From positions 1 through 36,385 of the forward strand of contig JAUCBJ010004947.1 of NCBI GenBank assembly GCA_032718475.1: a stretch of DNA of 36,385 nucleotides, read 5' to 3'. The notes under the pieces were generated by a model that worked only from the letters and a program-made list of their open reading frames with translations, had not been told where the DNA came from and did not search any database. Source of the DNA: Nemertoderma westbladi. Lineage: Eukaryota; Animalia; Xenacoelomorpha. A program made the translations under genes and the position numbers. Positions 24,550-36,325 of the stretch are shown here, piece by piece (position 1 is the stretch's first letter; every line of letters starts with the position of its first letter).

Positions 24550-24693
24550 ATTCATCCACAGTAATGAGGAGGGAGGTAAAACGATCTAACTCTGTTTCAA
24601 ATTTAGCGCGCTCTCATATCTCTATATGAGAGCGCGCTAAATTTGAAACAGAGTTAGATCGTTTTACCTCCCTCCTCATTACTGTGGATGAAT
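24550..24693. repeat. Perfect inverted repeat: 70-bp arms, 4-nt loop (hairpin, MITE-like)
   Basis: 24550-24619 is the exact reverse complement of 24624-24693; loop CTCT. Confidence 0.95.
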
Positions 24694-24762
24694 ACCTACC
24701 TACCTATTAGACAGTTTACACACTTATCATCATCAACAGAATCACAAACAAGATAAAGTTAT

Positions 24763-26897
24763 CACCCGGGCCACATATTGAAAGCTACGTACATCGTTCT
24801 GGCACAGACTTATCAACCCGACATCATATTGCAGCTACACACATCGTTCTGGCACAGACTTATCAACCCGACATCATATTGCAGCTACACACATCGTTCT
24901 GGCACAGACTTATCAACCCGACATCATATTGCAGCTACACACATCGTTCTGGCACAGACTTATCAACCCGACATCATACTGCAGCTACACACATCGTTCT
25001 GGCACAGACTTATCAACCCGACATCATACTGCAGCTACACACATCGTTCTGGCACAGACTTATCAACCCGACATCATACTGCAGCTACACACATCGTTCT
25101 GGCACAGACTTATCAACCCGACATCATATTGCAGCTACACACATCGTTCTGGCACAGACTTATCAACCCGACATCATACTGCAGCTACACACATCGTTCT
25201 GGCACAGACTCATCAACCCGGCATCATACTGCAGCTACACACATCGTTCTGGCACAGACTTATCAACCCGACATCATATTGCAGCTACACACATCGTTCT
25301 GGCACAGACTTATCAACCCGACATCATACTGCAGCTACACACATCGTTCTGGCACAGACTTATCAACCCGACATCATACTGCAGCTACACACATCGTTCT
25401 GGCACAGACTTATCAACCCGACATCATACTGCAGCTACACACATCGTTCTGGCACAGACTTATCAACCCGACATCATATTGCAGCTACACACATCGTTCT
25501 GGCACAGACTTATCAACCCGACATCATACTGCAGCTACACACATCGTTCTGGCACAGACTTATCAACCCGACTTCATACTGCATCTACACACATCGTTCT
25601 GGCACAGACTCATCAACCCGACATCATACTGCAGCTACACACATCGTTCTGGCACAGACTTATCAACCCGACATCATACTGCAGCTACACACATCGTTCT
25701 GGCACAGACTCATCAACCCGGCATCATACTGCAGCTACGTACATCGTTCTGGCACAGACTCATCAACCCGGCATCATACTGCAGCTACACACATCGTTCT
25801 GGCACAGACTCATCAACCCGGCATCATACTGCAGCTACACACATCGTTCTGGCACAGACTTATCAACCCGACATCATACTGCAGCTACACACAGCGTTCT
25901 GGCACAGACTCATCAACCCGGAATCATACTGTAGCTACACACATCGTTCTGGCACAGACTTATCCACCCGACATCATACTGCAGCTACACACAGCGTTCT
26001 GGCACAGACTCATCAACCCGGCATCATACTCAAGCTACACACATCGTTCTGGCACAGACTTATCAACCCGACATCATACTGCAGCTACACACATCGTTCT
26101 GGCACAGACTTATCAACCCGACATCATACTGTAGCTACACACATCGTTCTGGCACAGACTTATCAACCCGACATCATACTGCAGCTACACACAGCGTTCT
26201 GGCACAGACTCATCAACCCGACATCATACTGCAGCTACACACATCGTTCTGGCACAGACTTATCAACCCGACATCATACTACAGCTACACACAGCGTTCT
26301 GGCACAGACTCATCAACCCGGCATCATACTGCAGCTATACACATCGTTCTGGCACAGACTTATCAACCCGACATCATACTGCAGCTACACACATCGTTCT
26401 GGCACAGACTCATCAACCCGACATCATACTGCAGCTACACACATCGTTCTGGCACAGACGCATCAACCCGACATCACACTGCAGCTACCTGCTACACACA
26501 TCGTTCTGGCACAGACTCATCAACCGGGCATCATACTGCGGCTATACTCATCGTTCTGGCACAGACTCATCAACCCGGCATCATATTGCAGCTACACACA
26601 TCGTTCTGGCACAGACTCATCAACCCGGCATCATACTGCAGCTACACACATCGTTCTGGCACAGACTCATCAACCCGGCATCATACTGCAGCTACACACA
26701 TCGTTCTGGCACAGACTCATCAACCCGGCATCACACTGCAGCTACACACATCGTTCTGGCACAGACTCATCAACCGGGCATCATACTGCAGCTACACACA
26801 TCGTTCTGGCACAGACTCATCAACCGGGCATCATACTGCAGCTACACTCATCGTTCTGGCACAGACTCATCAACCGGGCATCATACTGCAGCTACAC
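24763..26897. repeat. 50-bp minisatellite, about 42 copies
   Basis: GCAGCTACACACATCGTTCTGGCACAGACTTATCAACCCGACATCATACT; 7-nt insertion near 26488; variant gradient along array. Confidence 0.97.
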
Positions 26898-27326
26898 AAT
26901 CATTGAGACACACAGTTAGTTGCCTAGGCGGTTAATACTACAGTAGTAACCGATGCCGAGGCATGTTGTACTATGGTAGTAAGTAATGGGTGCCAAGGCA
27001 CCAGGTACTACGGTAACATACTTTTAAGGTATTAGTAGCTGTGTACTTAAGTCTGTCTACTGAGGTATTAGGAGCTGATACACCGGCACCATATTGCAGA
27101 CACACAAGATACGTAATGTTGAACCTGAAATGCGAAATACCGGAGGCAATCTCTCTTGGCTGTTGCCTCTATGGCAACGAGGGCGTCACAATAATTGTTA
27201 ATATCGAATATTCTCCCAAAACAACTATGTTCTTTAGCCAGCATATTCAATGCAGCCAATACAGCTGGGTGATCTGAAGCAAGTTTCTTAGAGTTCAGTA
27301 ATAAACAAATACATACATTAAACATA

Positions 27327-28016
27327 ACAGCCACACACTCACTTTTCAGCCACTCATTCACATGTCAGCCACCAGCCCCATACACCTTCCTGTCAGCCAC
27401 TCATTCACATGTCAGCCACTCATTTACATGTCAGCCACCAGCCGCAGCCACACACTCACTGTCTGCCACGCATTCACATATCAGCCACCAGCCACACTCT
27501 CACTGTCTGCCACGCATTCACATGTCAGCTACCAGCCACACACTTACCTGTCAGCCAGTCATTCACATGTCAGCCACCAGCCATACACTCACTGTCTGCC
27601 ACGCATTCACATGTCAGCCACCAGCCACACACTCACTGTCTGCTACGCATTCACATGTCAGCCACCAGCCACACACTCACTGTCTGCCACGCATTCACAT
27701 ATCAGCCACCAGCCACACTCTCACTGTCTGCCACGCATTCACATGTCAGCTACCAGCCACACACTTACCTGTCAGCCAGTCATTCACATGTCAGCCACCA
27801 GCCATACACTCACTGTCTGCCACGCATTCACATGTCAGCCACCAGCCACACACTCACTGTCTGCTACGCATTCACATGTCAGCCACCAGCCACACACTCA
27901 CTGTCTGCCACGCATTCACCCGGCAGCCACCAGCCACGCACTCACCTATCAATCACTAACTCACCTGTGAGAATCACATGCTTACTATTGAACTCAACAC
28001 TCACCTGTCAACCACA
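27327..28016 (-). repeat. Degenerate ~44-bp tandem repeat, about 15 copies, resembling the PAPSS exon 2 donor junction
   Basis: Unit subparts GTGGCTGACAT|GTGAATG and GTGGCAGACA|GTGAGTG versus real junction GTGGTTGACAG|GTGAGTG; 221-bp higher-order duplication. Confidence 0.85.
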
Positions 28017-28116
28017 CAGTGCAGCCCCTGAATGCTTTCTGGCCCATAAGACGGCCTCTCTTCTCTCTGCTAACATGACCCTTTTGGAATGTGACATTGG
28101 TCGCCTTTACTATCTC
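28005..28116 (-). CDS. PAPSS: PAPSS coding exon 2 ([38 protein letters not shown])
   Basis: Acceptor catcgcag, donor AG|GTGAGT; matches the [23 protein letters not shown]-terminus of the APS kinase domain. Confidence 0.95.
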
Positions 28117-29003
28117 CTGCGATGTTTTAATACCGTTACCAGCCATTTTACATTTAATAAATTAAAATTATAATGGATTATATAAAGATAAACAATAAAA
28201 CAATAATTAATTAATTACCTAACAATTTCAACAACTAATTAAATTGATTAAACTAATTAAATTGATTTTCAATATGGCAAACGTAGGCATTATATAATTA
28301 CATGTAAATTTATTTATTTATTATATATTTAATTGTGCTAAAAAAGCCAACAGATAAAGTCAGTACCCGGAACGCAGGCCTGGCTACACGGGGAGAAAAG
28401 CGGCTGAGTAGCGGGGAGAAAATTATTGTGTTCAATAAAATAAATAAGCAGATTACTTTCATATTATCAACTAATTCTCAACGAAACTCAGATGTTTACT
28501 ATGTATCTGGGGAGTCTTTTGCAAACGCAATTCTTAATTCTATAAACAAATTGTGGATAATAATATATGAAGAACCGGGTGCAATGTCATGAAATAATCC
28601 GATTCCAAATTGAATAATCCAGGTAACACCGACAGTGCGTTGAAATAGTTTTTTTGTGGCCAATATGCATCGCACGGTCCCATGTCAAGTAATTAATTAA
28701 AACGATTTGAAGAAAATAAGGGGGGGGGGGATCACATCACGATGCATAGCATAATATGCTATGTATATATTATATACAAATGCAATGCATTGGGTGTGGC
28801 CTGGAACAGTTTCCATGAGTGAGTATACTCGATTATATTCTATATAATTTTTTACTTGTATATGTATAAGAAGGAACACAGGTATAATAGAAACATACAT
28901 TACATAGTGATATTATTATACAAGTCTTATATAATCTAGCACTTTATAAAATTACAGTGCTATAAAGTTACAGTATTTCATAGAAACGAGAACTGTAATC
29001 CTA

Positions 29004-29283
29004 CTAACTACTACTAGGATCGGCATGCTGCATTGCAGCTGCATTTTTAAGAATGTTGTGCAGGCTTGTCGACAAAATTGCGCCGCCACAACTCCCTATC
29101 ACCCATGACATTTGCTAGATCATCCGCATCTTCAAGGCCAGTGTCCTTTAAGATGCGTCTCAAGAAAGTCATGGGCTGTCCACCATGCTTATTCACTCCA
29201 TGAGGCTGCCAAAGTACAAGATTATGCACTGGCTGGTCCTCACGGCGAAAGCAATGACCTGCAAATAATCCTATGTATGTCCT
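29004..29283 (-). mobile_element. Short 5'-truncated copy of the same RTE-like LINE (3' end) with (TAG)n tail and 12-bp TSD
   Basis: 29143-29265 matches 1-123 with 5 mismatches; ORF stop at 29049-29047; TAG-repeat tail about 29004-29017; direct repeat ACTGTAATCCTA at 28992-29003 and 29284-29295. Confidence 0.9.
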
Positions 29284-29739
29284 ACTGTAATCCTATAAAC
29301 TGATAGATTATGTGAGGCTTGATGTTGGCTTGGACTTGGAGTTCTGTATCTGGAAATATTTACTTAAAAGAAAGGTTTTTTAAAAAAATGTAACAAATTT
29401 CACTACTGTAATTTTAAGGTTAGCAAAGTTAGGAGTGGGCTATACGTTATTCTAATTAAATTGTGATTTGGAGATAATTTACGCCGACGAAAATTATTAT
29501 AACATGTTTCACTCACGCATAGCAAAACTTTTTGGTCAGTACTAGATTATTAGTTTTCTAACAAATAATACAAAACACAAAACTATACATGCAAATACAA
29601 AACACAAATACTCGGAAGTATGATCAAGAATGTGATTGGCATTAGTCTTTATTAATTTCGAATTAATTACTTAAAAAACAAACGGTAAAGTCCAATTGAT
29701 GGTGGTTTTAGCGCTACGAAAACACACCGTGAACGTAAT

Positions 29740-29770
<31 letters not shown>

Positions 29771-30123
29771 AGTGGAAATGAGAGGAGGATAATTTGGATG
29801 TTTGTTGTTCGATGGACCATTGGACGCGATTGGGTTCAATGGAATTTACCCAGTCAATAAGAATCGGGTTAAATGGAATTTACCCGGGTCTAACTGTTGC
29901 TCTTGCTACAGTAGTTAGTAAGATAACCAACCAATCACACTCATAGTACAGTACGAGATGCAAAGATGAAGAAGGGCATGCTTGTTGGGTCACATAAGGG
30001 AGAACTTTTCAGACATACAAGACCTGAGTTCAGGTGACACTTTGGTTAGAGCGACGACAGCCACTAAAGGAATGCACCTGAATTAGATCCGGACTTCATA
30101 TCAATCCTGGCTGGCGTTGGCCT

Positions 30124-31232
30124 ACTGCAAGGTAACACTGCAAGGTGACGACACTGCAAGGTGACACTGCAAGGTGACACTGCAAGGTGACGACACTGCA
30201 AGGTGACACTGCAAGGTGACGACACTGCAAGGTGACACTGCAAGGTGACGACACTGCAAGGTGACACTGCAAGGTGACACTGCAAGGTGACGACACTGCA
30301 AGGTGACACTGCAAGGTGACACTGCAAGGTGACGACTCTGCAAGGTGACACTGCAAGGTGACGACACTGCAAGGTGACACTGCAAGGTGACACTGCAAGG
30401 TGACGACACTGCAAGGTGACACTGCAAGGTGACACTGCAAGGTGACGACACTGCAAGGTGACACTGCAAGGTGACGACACTGCAAGGTGACGACACTGCA
30501 AGGTGACACTGCAAGGTGACGACACTGCAAGGTGACACTGCAAGGTGACACTGCAAGGTGACGACACTGCAAGGTGACACTGCAAGGTGACACTGCAAGG
30601 TGACGACACTGCAAGGTGACGACACTGCAAGGTGACACTGCAAGGTGACACTGCAAGGTGACACTGCAAGGTGACGACACTGCAAGGTGACACTGCAAGG
30701 TGACACTGCAAGGTGACGACACTGCAAGGTGACGACACTGCAAGGTGACGACACTGCAAGGTGACGACACTGCAAGGTGACACTGCAAGGTGACACTGCA
30801 AGGTGACACTGCAAGGTGACACTGCAAGGTGACACTGCAAGGTGACACTGCAAGGTGACGACACTGCAAGGTGACACTGCAAGGTGACACTGCAAGGTGA
30901 TGACACTGTAAGGTGACACTGCAAGGTGACACATTGTCCCACGCAAGGTGACACATTGTCCCACGCAAGGTGACACATTGTCCCACGCAAGGTGACATAT
31001 TGTCCCACGCAAGGTGACACATTGTCCCACGCAAGGTGACACTGCAAGGTGACAAATTGTCCCACGCAAGGTGACACATTGTCCCACGCAAGGTGACACA
31101 TTGTCCCACGCAAGGTGACATATTGTCCCACGCAAGGTGACATATTGTCCCACGCAAGGTGACACATTGTCCCACGCAAGGTGATACTGCCAGGTGACAC
31201 ATTATCCCACGCAATGTCTGCAAGGTGACACA
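30124..31232. repeat. Compound minisatellite: 13/16-bp units (ACTGCAAGGTGAC[GAC]) grading into 22-bp units (ACATTGTCCCACGCAAGGTGAC)
   Basis: Shared GCAAGGTGAC core; switch near 30920. Confidence 0.96.
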
Positions 31233-31292
31233 TTGGCGCGGTAGCGCCGTTACTATCCATTATTGTCTAGGATTACGCAATGAGCTCAGCTA

Positions 31293-31510
31293 AAACTGGA
31301 AATCTGAACTATCCATCCAGGCACTGGACCTGGACACTGGCGAAATCACTTGAACACCGAATTGATGGTTGTTACACAAGACTACTAAGGGCAGCCCTAA
31401 ACATTACAACGCAACGCCGAGGTTTACTTTACTGTATGGTACTATACCAACAACAACTGTATCAACCACCCTCCTTGAACGCAGATTAAGATTCAATGGG
31501 CAGTGCTGAA
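31293..31510 (+). mobile_element. Degraded fragment of another RTE-like LINE (C-terminal RT region)
   Basis: Peptides WTLAKSLEHRIDGCYTRLLRAALNI and, frameshifted, LERRLRFNGQC parallel WALT..SLDGTFTRMLR and RLRFAGHC of the element at 1-1630. Confidence 0.7.
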
Positions 31511-31973
31511 CAAATAAATCATAACTACATGAACCGTCAACTACATGAATGACAAGCATCAAAAACAATCAACCTTATGTGCAGTTATCATGTTGGCATT
31601 CCCAAAATAATTAACAACACTATATAAACGAACTAATCTAATTATATTAAATTAGGTAGGTCTACTAACATGAATTTGATAAATGTTATAATATTAATTA
31701 ATATTAACCCGGGAACGCGGGAACATACACTAGATGAATATGTTATGGAGTAATAAACGTTGTGACTATCATAATGAGAAATATATTGTACAGGACAAGG
31801 CCTGAGGAGTGAGCAGATGTGTGTAAGTAAAAAGTAACCCAATCAAGCAACCAATAATTCTTCATCAGCCACCATGCCTATACTATTGTGTGTTAGCTCC
31901 TGGTAGCATTAGTGTGTATTATAGCAGAATAAGAGTTGGTCTTATAAATACAGTACTATATCTTACATACATT

Positions 31974-34900
31974 CATAGGAGTGTATCTTACATGTATAGG
32001 AGTGGATCTTATATGTATAGGAGTGGATCTTATATGTATAGGAGTGTATCTTATATGTATAGGAGTGTATCTTATATGTATAGGAGTGGATCTTATATGT
32101 ATAGGAGTGGATCTTATATGTATAGGAGTGGATCTTATATCTATAGGAGTGGATCTTATATGTATAGGAGTGTATCTTATATCTATAGGAGTGTATCTTA
32201 TATCTATAGGAGTGTATATTATATGTACAGGTGTGGATCTTATATGTATAGGAGTGGATCTTATATGTATAGGAGTGGATCTTATATGTATAGGAGTGGA
32301 TCTTACATGCATGCATAGGAGTGGATCTTATATGTATAGGAGTGGATCTTATATGTATAGGAGTGGATCTTATATGTATAGGAGTGGATCTTATATGTAT
32401 AGGAGTGGATCTTATATGTATAGGAGTGGATCTTACATGCATGCATAGGAGTGGATCTTATATGTATAGGAGTGGATCTTATATGTATAGGAGTGGATCT
32501 TATATGTATAGGAGTGGATCTTATATGTATAGGAGTGGATCTTACATGCATGCATAGGAGTGGATCTTATATGTATAGGAGTGGATCTTATATGTATAGG
32601 AGTGGATCTTATATGTATAGGAGTGGATCTTATATGTATAGGAGTGGATCTTACATGCATGCATAGGAGTGTATCTTATATGTATAGGAGTGTATCTTAT
32701 ATCTATAGGAGTGTATCTTATATCTATAGGGTATCTTATATGTACAGGTGTGGATCTTATATGTATAGGAGTGGATCTTATATGTATAGGAGTGGATCTT
32801 ATATGTATAGGAGTGGATCTTACATGCATGCATAGGAGTGGATCTTATATGTATAGGAGTGGATCTTATATGTATAGGAGTGTATCTTATATGTATAGGA
32901 GTGGATCTTATATGTATAGGAGTGGATCTTACATGCATGCATAGGAGTGGATCTTATATGTATAGGAGTGGATCTTATATGTATAGGAGTGGATCTTATA
33001 TGTATAGGAGTGGATCTTACATGCATGCATAGGAGTGTATCTTATATGTATAGGATTGGATCTTATATGTATTGGAGTGGATCTTATATGCATAGGAGTG
33101 TATCTTATATGTACAGGTGTGGATCTTATATGTATAGGAGTGGATCTTATATGTATAGGAGTGGATCTTATATGTATAGGAGTGGATTTTATATGTATAG
33201 GAGTGGATCTTATATGTATAGGAGTGGATCTTATATGTATAGGAGTGTATCTTATATCTATAGGAGTGTATCTTATATGTATAGGAGTGGATCTTATATC
33301 TATAGGAGTGTATCTTATATGTATAGGAGTGGATCTTATATGTATAGGAGTGGATCTTACATGCATGCATAGGAGTGTATCTTATATGTATAGGAGTGGA
33401 TCTTATATGTATTGGAGTGGATCTTATATGCATAGGAGTGTATCTTATATGTACAGGTGTGGATCTTATATGTATAGGAGTGGATCTTATATGTATAGGA
33501 GTGGATCTTATATGTATAGGAGTGGATTTTATATGTATAGGAGTGGATCTTATATGTATAGGAGTGGATCTTATATGTATAGGAGTGGATCTTACATGCA
33601 TGCATAGGAGTGGATCTTATATGTATACGAGTGGATCTTATATGTATTGGAGTGGATCTTATATGCATAGGAGTGTATCTTATATGTACAGGAGTGGATC
33701 TTATATGTATAGGAGTGGATCTTATATGTATAGGAGTGGATCTTACATGCATGCATAGGAGTGGATCTTATATGTATAGGAGTGGATCTTATATGTATAG
33801 GAGTGGATCTTACATGCATGCATATGAGTGGATCTTATATGTATAGGAGTGGATCTTATATGTATAGGAGTGGATCTTATATGTATAGGAGTGGATCTTA
33901 CATGCATGCATAGGAGTGGATCTTATATGTATAGGAGTGGATCTTATATGTATAGGAGTGGATCTTATATGTATAGGAGTGGATCTTACATGCATGCATA
34001 GGAGTGGATCTTATATGTATAGGAGTGGATCTTATATGTATAGGAGTGGATCTTATATCTATAGGAGTGTATCTTATATGTATAGGAGTGGATCTTATAT
34101 GTATAGGAGTGGATCTTATATGTATAGGAGTGGATCTTATAAGTATATGAGTGGATCTTATATGTATAGGAGTGGATCTTACATGCATATGAGTGGATCT
34201 TATATGTATAGGAGTGGATCTTATATGTATAGGAGTGGATCTTACATATATATGAGTGGATCTTACATGCATAGAAGTAGATCTTATATGTATAGGAGTG
34301 GATATTATATGTATAGGAGTGGATCTTATATGTATAGGAGTGGGTCTTATATGTATAGGAGTGGATGTTATATGTATAGGAGTGGATCTTACATGTATAG
34401 GAGTGGATCTTACATGTATATGAGTGGATCTTACATGCATATGAGTGGATCTTATATGTATAGGAGTGGATCTTATATGTATAGGAGTGGATCTTACATA
34501 TATATGAGTGGATCTTACATGCATAGAAGTAGATCTTATATGTATAGGAGTGGACCTTATATGTACAGGAGTGGATCTTACATGCATAGGAGTATGGATC
34601 TTACATGCATAGGAATACGGATCTTACATGAAGGAGCGGATCTTACATGCATGAGTGGATCTAACATGCATATGAGTGTATCTTATATGTATATGAGTGG
34701 ATCTTACATACACATGAGTGGATCTTATATGCATAGAAGTGGATCTTACATTCATCAGAGTGGATCGTACATGCATAGAAGTGGATCTTACCTGCATGAG
34801 TGGATCTTACATGCATAGAAGTGGACCTTACATGCACACGAGTGTATCTTATGTATAGGAGTGGATCTTACATGTATAGGAGTGGATCTTACATGCACAC

Positions 34901-35432
34901 GAGTGTATCTTGTGTATAGGAGTGGATCTTACATGTATAGGAGTGGATCTTACATGCAGGAGGGATTTTATATGTATAGGAGTGGATCTTACATGCATAG
35001 AAGTGAATCTTACCTGCATAGGAGTATGGATCTTACATGAATAGGAGTGGATCTTACATACAGGAGGGATCATATATGAATAGGAGTGGATCTTGCATAC
35101 ATAAGCGCATTTTACATGCGTAGGAGTATGGATCTTACATGAATAGGAGTGGATCTTACATACAGGAGGGATCATATATGAATAGGAGTGGATCTTGCAT
35201 ACATAAGCGCATTTTACATGCATAGGAGTATGGATCTTACATGAATACGAGTGGATCTTACATGCATAGGAGTACGGATCTTACATGCAGGAGTGGATCT
35301 TACATGCATATGAGTGTATCTTACATGCATAGGAGTGTATCTTACATGCATATGAGTGTATCTTACATGCATATGAGCGTATCTTACATGCATAGGAGTG
35401 TATCTTACATGCATAGGAGTGGATCTTACGTG
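31974..35432. repeat. 21-bp minisatellite (ATAGGAGTGGATCTTATATGT), about 160 copies, with periodic 25-bp CATGCATGCA variant; degenerates rightwards
   Basis: Homogeneous 31974-34100, diverged 34100-35432. Confidence 0.97.
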
Positions 35433-35700
35433 CATGTCATTAGTGATATCAGCAAAGAAAGATGTCGCGAAAACGAAAGCCTCATAAGTAATAAACTTTA
35501 AAATAAAATTACATATTCGATTTATATAAAGTAGCCGTATTTAACACCATTCACCCATTCGCTTTGCACGTTCCCGTTCGTGTAAATATTCAACAGTGGA
35601 GGCAGTCGGAATAGGATTTAATCAAATATATAGTAGTAATATTAATTAGGCTCATTGTGTTATGTAAAGTTATATGTGACAAAGTAATTAAAAAACTTAC

Positions 35701-35718
35701 CGATTGGTTGAGAGACAT
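35701..35718 (-). CDS. PAPSS: PAPSS probable first coding exon (MSLNQS); whole exon 35826-35701 including 5'UTR
   Basis: Acceptor tttgttgcag at 35827, ATG in gccagccATG context with an upstream in-frame TAA, strong donor CG|GTAAGT at 35700; phase 0 matches next exon. Peptide too short for homology support. Confidence 0.6.
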
Positions 35719-36119
35719 GGCTGGCTGCTTCGTTGGTTATTAGCTGTGAAACAGTAGCGATCTTTCAGATGATTTGTGATGATTTTCCAAGATAATTGAT
35801 GAAAATATTTATAGCAACAAATTTGTCTGCAACAAACAAAATTATAGTTTGGTTCATTGTTTTTAGTGAGTTTATGTGTGAATACTAAATATATAAACAA
35901 AAAAATACCGAATAATAATAATAACAAATATTGAAAATAAATATGGAAAGAGGCAATTATTTTTTCTCTTCAAAGTCCTAAAATAATAGTTATTATAAAT
36001 AATAAATAACAAGTAAAATAAATAGCTATTATATTAATTAGCTATTATTTTTTCAACTCTCCCAATAACCCCTATATTTGGGAAAATCGAACAGTCTGAA
36101 TGAGGAATTGGAAACTCAC

Positions 36120-36206
36120 TGTCGACCTTACAAGAATGTAACAGCGCTGCTGAAACGATCTCATGGGTGGGGGTGTGAGAAAGTCTGTCGTACATCCACA
36201 CATAAC
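36120..36206 (-). other. Candidate upstream exon (5'UTR or alternative first exon of PAPSS, or exon of a neighbouring gene)
   Basis: 87-nt balanced-GC segment bounded by ggtttag| and A|GTGAGT; two frames open; no recognised homology. Confidence 0.3.
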
Positions 36207-36325
36207 CTAAACCAGATGTCCCCTAATTATTGATGGGCTTATCATGACATTATTTTGGTATTCCATTACCCAATATGGTGACGGTGATGTAGGGGTTTTA
36301 TCGGCATGTAGTCTGCCGCCAAAGC

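Larger units (their letters stand above)
2052..35826 (-). other. PAPSS: Gene span (partial, 3' end outside window): bifunctional 3'-phosphoadenosine 5'-phosphosulfate synthase, 8 coding exons in window
   Basis: Manual splicing gives 1089 nt / 363 aa with consistent intron phases: [17 protein letters not shown]...[15 protein letters not shown]...[27 protein letters not shown]...-DRKKAR...[21 protein letters not shown]...-GILP...[20 protein letters not shown]...-...[18 protein letters not shown]; colinear with animal PAPSS1/2. Confidence 0.96.

Noticed and set aside
24778-26919. 713-aa ORF and overlapping frames
   Set aside because: The 50-bp unit lacks plus-strand stops in all frames; no unique coding flank.
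29744-29769. Poly-G/C runs (also near 5894, 23986, 24239) as G-quadruplex elements
   Set aside because: Homopolymers are common and length-unreliable; nothing indicates function.
30064-31260. 398-aa Cys/His-rich minus-strand ORF starting MDSNGATAP
   Set aside because: All three minus frames are open and unit lengths 13/16/22 do not preserve frame.
6705-35432. CRISPR array interpretation of the regular repeats
   Set aside because: Head-to-tail units without unique spacers, no cas genes, spliced eukaryotic context.
31890-35501. YRSGSYM / HIRSTPI repeat ORFs, and the 21-bp array as a fourth donor-derived array
   Set aside because: Frames broken by 25-bp variants; some units contain GTAAGA on minus but do not resemble the exon 1 junction and start about 270 bp away.
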